A DNA stretch of 64,000 nucleotides from Basidiobolus meristosporus CBS 931.73 (Eukaryota; Fungi; Basidiobolomycota), in NCBI GenBank assembly GCA_002104905.1, contig MCFE01000087.1, positions 113,290-177,289 of the forward strand. The letters are read 5' to 3'. Below, piece by piece: positions 1 to 10,597 of the stretch; within the stretch, counting starts at the first letter, position 1, and each line of letters starts with the position of its first letter. The translations under genes were made by a program, and so were the position numbers. The notes below the pieces were generated by a model. That model made no database searches. It was not told the DNA's origin and saw nothing but the letters and a program-made list of their open reading frames with translations.

Positions 1-273
1 ATTGTCAGCAAGTCTTGCAAGCTTGAGTCTGTCTCTAAGAACTAAATCTTCCCAGATATTCCCTTGTTTATCCACTAGTTGGTAAGTTGCAAATGGACAT
101 TCTCTGATGATCTTGAATGGTCCTGTCCGTTATGGCTCAAACTTCTTCCGAGTGTTGTTTCTTGGCAATACAAAGTTCCCAACTCTCAATGCTTCTGGTG
201 CTACAGTCTTATCAAATCTCTGCTTCATCTTTTCTGCACTTTGAGATACTTTGGCCTGTGCCTCTTGTTGTCT

Positions 274-3200
274 TTATTCCAATTGCTGGTGTCTACTGGG
301 CTGACTAAGCTCATCTTCTAAGGCATCTGAAAGCTTGGGTTGTGTGAGATCTCCTGGAATCCTTAGTTTACATCCATACACTAAGTAAAGTGGTGATTGT
401 TGGATAGTGTTGTGCACTCTAACTCTGCAGGCAAAAAGTGCTTGATCTATATACTCATCCCATCTACTGACAGCTCCATTTGCATACTTGGTCAGCATTT
501 TTCCAAATAATCCATTAAAGAGTTCAGTGACTCCATTGGTTTGGGTTGATATGCTGAGGTTTTCAAGTGTTTAATCTGCTGTATTTCCAGGTAAGCCTCT
601 AATGTCTTTGCCATAAAGTTTGCTCCTCTATCAGATAAGATCTCCACAAGGCATCCAAACTTCACCAGGATCTCATGGTAAATGAGACTTGCAACTTCTT
701 GTTCACTGGCTATTGGTGCAGCTTTAGGAACTGGCCATTTAGTGGCATGGTTAATTGCTACTAGGATCCAACGGTTGCAATTCCTGGTGGTTGGCAGTCT
801 TCCAATAAAGTCAATTCCCCATCTCTCAAATGGTCTGACAGGCTGCAAAGGGAAGAGTTTGGCAATTCTTTGTGGCTGGCCTTGATTGATTTGGCAGTTT
901 GGGCATGTTTTCACTAGCTTCTCAATATCTTGTTTCATTCTGGGCCACCATGCTCTGACTTTCACAAGGCTATAGGTTACTTCAATCCCAAGATGTCCAT
1001 ATCCATTGTGCAGCTTATGTATTAAATCCAGGCAAGCAACATAGGGACAATAGGCAATAGGGCTTCCATTAACAATTTGGTAGAGTGTTTCATCTTGTAC
1101 AACAAATTTGCTGGCTTCATCCCGGACTATCATCTTTATCTCTTCATCCACCTCATTAGGAATGGCTTGGTCCTCCAAGTATTGTGGTAATAAGCTAGGC
1201 CAATCTGATTCATGCACCAAGTTGAGTTGTGCCACTTGTTCTAGTCTTGATAAGGCATCAGCAACTGTTTTGTTTTTCCCAGGGCAGTTGACAATCTCCA
1301 AGTCAAATTGCTGAATGTATTCACTCCATCTTGTCATTCTTCTGGATAGAACCCTCTGAGTAAATGTATACTTCAGTGAGGCATGATCAGTCTTTACAGT
1401 GCATTTGACTCCTTCAATATAGCATCTCCATATCTTCACGCAGTGTATTATAGCAAGCATCTCCTTCTCATGCCCAGGATAGTTTTGTTCTGCTGAGTTC
1501 AGTTTCTTGGACTCAAAGGCAACTGGGTAATCCTTTCCCTTGTGTTCTTGGCTTAGTACTCCACCAATTGCATAATCTGAAGCATCTGTGCACAGGGTAA
1601 ACTCTTTTCTGAAGTCAGGTACTCTTAAGCTTGGCAGCTTAGCAAGTTCATTCTTGAGCATCTGAAATGCAGTCTCACAGGCTATGTCCCACTTTTAGGT
1701 GTTGTCTTTCTTGAGGATATCAGTTGAAGGGGCTGCAATGCTTGCAAAGGACTTGACAAATCTCCAATAATAGGATGCCATTCCAAGGAATGATCTGAGT
1801 TCTGATATGCTATGGGGCTGCTTCAAACTCTTGATAGCTTCAGCCTTCTCAGGGTCTAAGGTCACTCCTGTGCTAGTCACTATGTGTCCCAGATATTCAA
1901 CGTGTTCCTTGAAGAATTCACACTTGGCTAGCTTGCCATATAGCTTGTTCTCTCTTAGTTTCTTCAAGACCTTTTCAATGTGTACCAAGTGATCCTCTTC
2001 TGTCTTGCTGTATATCAATATGTCATCTAGGTAGATTATCACAAACTTGTCTAAGTACTCCTGGAAGACAGCCTGCATCAGGGTCATGAATGTTGCAGGG
2101 GCATTGGTAAGGCCAAAACTCATGACTAAGTACTTTTAATGTTCATATCTGGTCCTGAATGCTGTCTTAGGAATATCATCTGGTTTCACCCTAAACTGGT
2201 TGTATCCTGACATGAGGTCAATCTTGCTGACTATGGTGGCTCCATTAAGTTGGTCCAAAAGCTCATCAATCCAAGGTATGGGGTACTTATTCTTGACAGT
2301 AACTGAGTTCAGGTCTCTGTAGTCAATGCACATCCTAGGTGTTCCATCCTTCTTTTTCACAAAAAGCACTGGTGCTCCCCAAGGTGACTTGCTGGATCTG
2401 ATATATCCTTGCTCCAATAGCTGATCAACTTGTCTCTTCATTTCCTTCAGTTCCAATGGACTCATTCTGTAAGGTGTCTTGCTCACTGGAGGGCTATCTC
2501 CTGTGTCAATGGCATAATCCACGTCTCTGACTGGTGGTAGGCTTACAAGCTCATCTGGAAACATGTCTGAATATTTCTTCAAGAGAGTCTGAACCTGCTG
2601 GGGTGCTGGGGTAGAGGAATCCTCCTGTAATACCGCCATGTGGAACATCTGAGTACCTTTTCTAAGTGCTCTACAGAACTGGGTCTTGCTAAGTTCACTT
2701 GTCTCACACATACTGGAATTGATCAAGTTGAAATCTAGCCTGGCAGGTAGTAGCTCATAGGTCTTGTTGTCCTTTTGGATCTGAGTAGCATGGGTTCTCC
2801 AGTTGATTGGTGGATTACAACAAAATAACCAGGTTTTTCCAAGTACAAGGTCATATTTGCAGTTCCCAAATATATAAGCCTGTAGGTCTTCTGCATATTC
2901 AATGTTCTTCATTCTTACTGGCTGGGTAATACGGTTGATTATGGGAGAGTTCCCATTAGCTGTGGAGACTGAAGTTGATTTGGTAGGTTCCAAGTTGATT
3001 CCAGCTTGCAAGGCAAATTGTTCTGACATGTATTCATGTGATGCTCCTGAGTCAATCATGATTTTGGCAGGTACTCTATTGATTACTCCATTTAAGTATA
3101 ATAACTTCCTTGAGTTTGAGGTCATTTGAGACAAGTAGTCTTCTGTCATATGGAAGGTGAGTTCCAAGTCTCCTTCAAGCTCATCCTCCATGCTACTGTG

Positions 3201-4069
3201 TTCACGGGACTCAATATGGTTGAAGGTTCTTGTTGGCTGGTGTCCATTTCTTCTCTGGAGGCAGTACTTTGAGATGTGTCCTTGCTGGTGGCAACTGAAA
3301 CAAAGTCCTTTCTTCCTGCATTCTTCTGAGGTGGGGTTCTTCTGCATAGCATCTATTTCCATTGGTACTGCTTCTGACTGCCTTCTTTGATAATGCTTGC
3401 AGCCTTTCTGATTAGTCACTGTAGGCTTCCCAACTCCAAACATAGCTGAGTCATAGTCAATGGCAATCTTGATGGCTTCTTCAATAGTCTGAGGTCTTTG
3501 ATAATTCACTTCCTTGCAAGTTCTTTCTTTCAACCCATCAATAAAGTATTCAACTTGATCCAGGGGGTCCATTCTTTCAATTTGTCCAAGTAGACATCTG
3601 TACTCAGAGATGTATTCTTGAACCATTCCGTTCTGTCTGAGTGTCTTTAACTTCCTTCTTAGTAGTGTCTGCTGGTGTGGAGGTTCAAAGCATCCTGAAT
3701 TTCCAACACAAACTCATCCCAGGTAGAGATAGTAGAGCATCCCATCATAGTGGCTGACCTGATCTTGTTGTGGTACCACTGTAAAGCTGCATCTGCCAGG
3801 TAAGAAGCTGCATAATGCAATTTGCTTTCTGGATCAACTCCTGTAGCCTTAAAAGCTTCTTCAATCTGAAAGAGCCAAGCTCCCAGGTTTTCATTGACTC
3901 TGCCATAGTACTGGTTGACCTTCACACTAAAGTTGCTCTTGACAGGGCTTTGCTGGCTCTGAGCCATGGTAGTCATTCCTTGTTGCTGTTGGCTGAGGAC
4001 CTGGAGTAACTGTTGCTGTTGGGCCAGGATTTGCTGCATGGCATTCTTCCATTCTTGATTGTCCAACAT
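274..4069 (-). pseudogene. gypsy gag-pol reading frame broken into five pieces
   Basis: ORFs 3659-4069, 2136-3626, 1695-2123, 492-1661 and 274-498. In-frame TAA stops at 2136-2138 and 1695-1697. Apparent 1-nt frameshifts near 3685 and near 540. Confidence 0.9.
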
Positions 4070-4116
4070 CTTGAGGGTGGTTTCTTCTTTCTTCAGGAGG
4101 GAGGTTTCTGGTTATT

Positions 4117-4126
4117 GCTGCTACCA
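4117..4126 (-). promoter_or_regulatory. gypsy primer-binding site TGGTAGCAGC (pairs with a tRNA 3'-CCA end, probably initiator Met)
   Basis: Lies 1 nt downstream of the LTR end CA on the minus strand. The tRNA identity is inferred from similarity to known iMet-type PBSs. Confidence 0.6.
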
Positions 4127-4127
4127 A

Positions 4128-4346
4128 TGTTACAAGTCTTGGTATAAGAGTTGTAGAGGAATAGGGAGTTTAGCTAGTATTGTATTCACTAAAACTTGAA
4201 CTGATTTTTATTGAGGTTCCAGCAGCTCCTTATATACATTTTGCCAGATCATTTGCTGACAAATTATATTTCCTAATGTAGGCTGTGGCTGATGACTCAT
4301 TTGATTGCATCATCATCACTCAATTAGATCCTACTTAATATAACTA
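4128..4346 (-). repeat. gypsy 5' LTR (~220 bp)
   Basis: Starts TGTTACA at 4128 on the plus strand. On the minus strand it contains a TATA-like tatataa and an AATAAA. The outer end (..tataacta) is approximate and abuts a copia fragment. Confidence 0.7.
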
Positions 4347-4347
4347 T

Positions 4348-5961
4348 ATTGATGTGTCCAAATCTCCTGTACCAAAGCATTGGTGTTTCTTCATTTAAGT
4401 TACTTTTATGGGCTTCCAGATTTGATGGAATATAAGTTAACTTATACAGATTCTGATCTCTTATACGCAAAGCAATAAGGGCACCATTTTAATCAGTGAT
4501 CCTGCATCCAGAATTGTTAAAGCTGAAACTGAATCCTTCTGCTGTGGCCTTCCTTACAGATAGTAGGTTCTTGGCTATTTCTGGTACATCAAGTACTTAT
4601 TTAAAGGTCAGTATATGGCCTCCTTTACTGCTTTTAAGGTTTACTTGGATGGTCCTTCTACCACTGCATCAAGTGCTCTGTTGTCACCCATGAAAATATT
4701 CTTAATTGGAATTTCTTGATATTGGGTAAAAGTTCTTTTTGTTATATCAAGTGTTGAGATGCTCCACAGTCAATATACCACATCTGAGAATCCATGTTTG
4801 TGGTCCTATTTAGTGCAGATACTAATAGTCTATCCTCAGTTGTAGCAGCATTTCCATATTAAGGCTTTTTCTGCTGACCATCTCTCTTTTTCAAATACTG
4901 GTCTGATGTGTGTCCTTGCCTTCTGCAGTAGTTACAAAACAGGTTGCTGTTGCCTTTGAAAGGTATTGTGTATCTCCTTTGTTGGTTATCATTGTGTATT
5001 AAAGCATTTTCTTAATTCTTCATCCAGGAGCCTTCCATATACGAAATTTAAGGTCAAATCTTCAGTTCTGGACTCTAGGGCTGATACAAGGCCCTGAAAC
5101 TTGTCTGTCAGGCTATTCAGGATGGTAACTATCACATCCTCATCAGTAGTTGGTACACCCACAGATTCCATCTCATCCACTAGCAGGGTAATTCTGTTAA
5201 TTAGATTTTTCATTTCTTCTCTTGGCTGCATCTTTGTTGCAAGGAATTTATGTCTCAGATACCTTTTTTTAGCAGCTGAACATGACTGGCAGGTGTCTTC
5301 TAATGCCTTCCAGGCATTCTTTGCCACTTTTGCTCTTGAGCATTGAAGTAGCAATTTGTCTTTGGCATTAGAGCAAATGCAGTTAAAGGCACTTTGTTCT
5401 TTCTTCTGCTACTCTAAGGCTTCCTCTTCCACATTTTTAGGAGGGCATTCTTCTCCCATGACAATATCCCAGAGGCCTCTTTCTTGTAGCAGTATATCTG
5501 TCTTCACCTTCACCTTCAAAACTTGGTAGTTAGAACTATCCAACTTTTCAGTAGAATGAAAAATTCCAGTAATAGCAGTAGTAGATATTGCTGAGAGCGA
5601 TAGCTTGGGGATCATAGCCTGTTGTAAGAGTCTTGGAGATATTGGAGGTGATTGGGAGAACAAGTAGATTTTGTGGCTTTCACTTAATGATCTTTTGAGT
5701 GTAAAAGTAGTATTTATACTTTTACATGGTCTTGGCATTACAAACAGATAGAATAGGTTAAGAAAAGTTCCAAGAATATGTGTGCACAGTTTGGGGCTGT
5801 TTGAACAACTTTGAGAATTTTCATGTTCTGGGTACCTGGTAGTTTGGTGAAAATACTCTAAGTAAATCCAAGGAATATAGTTAGTGTTCCCCAGCATCTG
5901 AAGGTAATGATCCAAGTGACTAAGTTAGGTGAATATTTAGGTGGAATTACAAATTTTGACA
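4348..5961 (-). mobile_element. degenerate Ty1/copia 5' fragment (LTR 5620-5961, decayed PBS, gag, protease and GAG-pre-integrase remnants)
   Basis: Homologous to the copia copies at 6472 and 56001. ORFs 4989-5354 and 5409-5915 match the copia gag. Internal deletions are visible. Confidence 0.88.
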
Positions 5962-6029
5962 TCATAGTGATCACTACCTCAGCTAGAATTGATTAAACAG
6001 CAACATTCCATCCTATTTGTTCCAATATT

Positions 6030-6350
6030 CTGAGGAGTACTGGAAGTGATGTAGAGAACTAGAGAATTTACATTTTATTCACATATAGATTTGTTGATCA
6101 AGAGTAGGGTATTTATACTTTGGATAAAGTAGAGCAAACTAATGTGTATAGTATGTTGAGGAGGGTCCTAAAAATATGTGTACAAAGTTATGGGGCTTTT
6201 GGACAACTTTGAGAAAGATCATAATCTGGGTATTTGATAATTCAGTAGAAATATTTGAAATAAATCCCAACAAGGAATTTGGTCAGCAGAGAATGCTAAT
6301 CACAGAATAAGATCTATGTGACAAGGTTAGTATGGGTATTTAGGTGACAA
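6030..6350 (-). repeat. highly decayed LTR relic of the same copia family
   Basis: Blocks such as ggacaactttgagaa, aaatcccaacaaggaatttggtcag and gtatttatactt match the LTR consensus. Boundaries are approximate. Confidence 0.6.
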
Positions 6351-6471
6351 CTTATTAATTACAACACAACCAAGCTAAAAGTAGCAGAAATGGTATGCAA
6401 CAGTATAGTTTATAGTGTGATATTTTTGTATTTTTCTATTCATGAAATAAATGCTTCTGGACACCAGATTT

Positions 6472-9400
6472 TGTTGTAAAAATTTGTATTTCCACCTAAA
6501 TATTCACCTAACTTAGTCACTTAGATCATCACCTTCAAATCCTAGAGAATACTGACCAAATTCCTTGTCGGGATTTACTTAGAATATTTTCACCAAAATA
6601 CCAGGTACCCAGAACATGAAAATTCTCAAAGTTGTCCAAACAGCCCCAAACTTTGCACACATGTTCTTGGGACCTTCCTTAACCTATTCAACGTGTTTGT
6701 AATGCCAAGACCATGTAAAAGTATAAATACTACTTTTACATTCAATAAATCATTAAGTGAAAACCACATAATCTACTTGTTCTCCCAATCACTTCCAATA
6801 TCTCCAAGACTCTTACAACAGGTTATGAGCCCCAAGCTGTCACTCTCTGCAATGTCTACTACTGCTATTACTGGAATTTTTCCCTCTGCTGAAGAGTTGG
6901 ATGGATCTAACTACCAAGTGTGGAAGGTGAAGATGAAGATGCTGCTACAAGAAAGAGGCCTTTGGGATATTGTCATGGGAGAAGAATGCCCTCCTAAAAA
7001 CGTGGGAGAGGAAGCCTTGAAGTACCAGAAGAAAGAACAAAGTGCCTTTAACTGCATTTGCCTTAATGTCAAGGACAAATTGCTAATTCAATGCTCAAGA
7101 GCAAAAACGGCAAAGAATGCCTGGAAAGCATTAGAAGACACCTACCAGTCATGTTCAGCTGCCAAGAAAATGTATCTGAGAAGAAAATTCTTTACTACAA
7201 AGATGCTGCCAGGAGAAGAAATGAAAAATCTAACTAACAGAATTACCCTGCTGGTAGATGAGATGGAATCTGTGGGTGTACCAACTACTGATGAGGATGT
7301 GATAGTTACCATCCTGAATAGCCTGACAGACAAGTTTCAGGGCCTTGTATCAGCCCTAGAGTCCAGAACTGAAGATTTGACCTTAAATTATGTATATGGA
7401 AGGCTCCTGGATGAAGAATTAAGAAAATCAAGCGCCAATAAGAAGGAAGAAGAAAATGCTTTAATAAGCAATGATAGCCAACAAAGGAGGTACCCAAGAC
7501 CCTACAAAGGCTACAGCAACCTATTTTGCAACTACTGCAAAAGGAAAGGACACACATCAGACCGGTGTTTCAAAAAGAGAGATTATCAGCAAAAGAAGCC
7601 TGAATATGGAAATGCTGCAACAACTGAAGATAGACTATTCATATCTGCACTAAATATGACCACAAACAAGGATTCTCAGACGTAGTATATTGACTCTGGA
7701 GCTTCTCAACACTTTACACACCAAAAAGAACTTTTTACCCAATATCAAGAAATTCCAATTAAGAAGGTTTTCATGGGTGACAATAGAGCACTTGATGCAG
7801 TGGGAGAAGGAACTATTCAAGTAAACCTAAGAAGCAGTGAAGGAAGCCATACACTGACCTTTAAAGAAGTACTCTATGTACCAGAAATAGCCAAGAATCT
7901 ACTCTCTGTAAGCAAGGCCACAGCAGAAGGACTCAGTTTCAGTTTTGACAATTCTGGATGCAGGATCACTGATCAAAATGGTGCTCATATTGCTTCGGGC
8001 ATCAGAGATCAGAATCTATACAAGTTGACTTATATTCCATCATATCTGGAAGCCAATATAAGTAACTTAAATGAAGAAACACCAATGCTTTGGCACAGGA
8101 GATTTGGGCACATCAATTTTGATTATTTGCGCAAAATGATCAAAGATCAGCTAATTTCTGGACTAAAAATTGATCCCCCAGCTATTTTGGAGCACCGTGA
8201 AGCCTGCATATATGGGAAACAAGCCAGACAACCGTTCAAGAGCTCTGGGTTAATCAAAACTAAGAAAAAATTAGATCTAATTCACTCAGATCTGTGTGGA
8301 CCTATGCAAAATTTATCCTTAGGCGGGATGAAGTATTTTATCACTTTTATTGATGATTATACAAGATACACATGGGTCTACTTCATGGAGAGAAAGGAAG
8401 AAGCTCTGTCTAAGTTCAGGGAGTTTAAAGCCATGGTGGAGAGAGAAACTGGTGAAAAAATCAAGAAAATACGCTCTGACAATGGTGGAGAATATACCTC
8501 AAAACTCTTCATCCACTTCTGCAAAATTCATGGGATAAAGCAAGAGACTACTGTACCATACTCCCCACAGCAAAATGGAGTAGCAGAATGAGCTAACAGA
8601 TCAATAATTGATATGGCAAGATCTATGATCCATGATCAAAAATTATCCTATGATTTTTGGGCGGAATCAGTTGCCACTGCTGTATATCTTAAAAATAGGA
8701 GTTATAACAGAATACTTTGTGATTCTACTCCATTTGAAGCATGGTATGGATACAGACCAAGTGCAGAACATCTAAGAATATTTGGGTGTACAGCATATGC
8801 CAAAAAACTGGCCGGAAATCAGTCAAAATTCGATCCAAAAAGTGTAAAATGCATATTTTTGGGCTACTCCAATGAGAGTAAGGCATACAGACTCTACAAT
8901 ACCAAAGCAAAGAAGCTGATCAAGTCCAGGGATGTGTTGTTTGATGAAAATTCAAAATTTTCACAAAAAATGACATCAGATGATGACAAAAATTTGATCT
9001 CAAGTCCACCAATTGTCAGGATTGAATCAGAGCAAAACAATGAAAATTTTTTCACTCCAGAGGACTCTACAACCGTGGTTCAGCCAGAATCAGTGCCCAG
9101 GAATATCCCAGAAGTGATCATTCCAGTATCAAATGCCCGGAGATCAAATTGGACAAGAAATAGCCCAAATTACTATATTAATGAGGGTACAAACTTAGCC
9201 TATGCCTATTCAGTCCATATTGATGAACCCCAGACTGTAAAAGAGGCCCTATATAGCCCTCAGACAAAGTTTTGGAGATCTGCAATGACTGAGGAATATC
9301 AGGCCCTGATGGAAAATCAAACTTGGGACTTAGTCAAATTACCAATCAACCAAAAATCAATTGGATGCAGATGGGTCTTCAAGACAAAATACAAGGCTGA

Positions 9401-9550
9401 TGGTACAATTGAAAGATACAAAGCAAGACTTGTAGCCAAAGGATACTCTCAAACAAGAGGACTTGACTATACTGAGACCTTTGCACCGGTAGCCAAGTTT
9501 AATTCCATCAGATTAATATTGGCTATTGCAGCCAAATAAAAGTTTTTTAT
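6472..9550 (+). mobile_element. 3'-truncated Ty1/copia element (LTR 6472-6820, PBS, gag-protease-integrase-start of RT)
   Basis: LTR runs TGTTGT...ACAACA and is followed by GGTTATGAGCCC. Gag zinc knuckle CNYCKRKGHTSDRC, protease WYIDSGAS (first codon now TAG at 7683), integrase HSDLCGP/SDNGGEY. Stops at 7683, 8589 and 9537. Homology ends near 9550. Confidence 0.95.
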
Positions 9551-9696
9551 CCAACCTTTCACACACAAAATATATTATGGGTTGGTGCAAACATATGTAT
9601 CAACGTCATTATGCCAGAGAGTGCAATAATGAGCAAGATTGTGCTACATAGTGCAGAGTAATACAAGCACAATCCTGTCTATGGATAAGTATAATA

Positions 9697-10044
9697 CATA
9701 GCAAGAGTTTTGGAGATACTGCAAGTGATTGGCAGTGCAAATAGATTATGTGGCTTTCACTTAATGATTTACTTAATGTAAAAATGGTATTAATACTTTT
9801 ACATAGTCTTGGCAAGACAAACATATAGAATATGCTTAGGAAGGCTCCAAGAGTATGTGAGCAAAGTTTGGGGCAGTTTGCATAACTTATCATATTATAA
9901 TGTTTGGGTTACCTAATGCATTGGTGAAAATACTTGAAGTTAATCCCAATAAGAAATTTGGTCAGTATTCTCTAGGATTTGTGAGTAATGATATAAGTGA
10001 CTAAGCTGAGTGAATATTTAAGTGGAATTACAAATCTTTACAAC
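9697..10044 (-). repeat. old solo or relic copia LTR
   Basis: Diverged copy of the 350-bp LTR, e.g. gcaagagttttggagatactgcaagtgattgg ... aagtggaattacaaatctttacaca. Confidence 0.75.
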
Positions 10045-10597
10045 ATAATATTTTGCCAAATCAATTTTTGCAACCAAGGACAGCACTACATGCCCTGGCA
10101 CAGTCTGGTTAAACAAGTCCACTAATTTACCTAAGTTTAGGTAAGTAAATATGGTTTTTGGATCTTTTTCTTCAATAGAGATGGAAAAAAATGTGCATTG
10201 CACTCCATGACTTTTGTGCAACTTTCCACATTTGTTACCATCAATAAGATTGAATCAAGTAATAGCTTTAGATTGGCCCAGAGGTGAGCTATTGATGGGA
10301 GCACACAGGTGGCCTTATGGCTAAGAATCAGGCTGCTTTATTGGCTAATGAACACTGATGCTCTAGGTGTGCTACATCTTGCTAGAATATTACAAGTGGC
10401 TTAAAAGCCGCTGACTTTACATACTCATGTTTTTGGACCTTTGTAAGCATATCCAGTGCATCTGTAAAAATACAAGTGGTACTTTTGTACTGAATGTATA
10501 TTGAGTGGCAAGCATACCATATGCCAGTCCTCCTAGCCATTATCAATATCACTAAAGCACCCGCACCAAAAGTTTCCAAGTAACTGTAAGTATATAA

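Larger units (their letters stand above)
1..4346 (-). mobile_element. Ty3/gypsy LTR retrotransposon, pseudogenised; 3' end runs off the window
   Basis: Minus-strand order is Gag (retrotransposon gag motif WLFQIE..F, CCHC-like [14 protein letters not shown]), protease (MIDSGAS), RT (YPIP, IYLDDILIYS), RNase H (TDASDYAIGGVL), then integrase (H-H-C-C zinc finger, WGIDFI, SDRG). This is the gypsy domain order. A 5' LTR and PBS are present. Confidence 0.95.

Noticed and set aside
7683-7685. RIP (repeat-induced point mutation) as the cause of TE decay
   Set aside because: One TGG-to-TAG change fits a CpA context, but near-identical multi-kb copies persist with open frames, and the clearest changes are at CpG.
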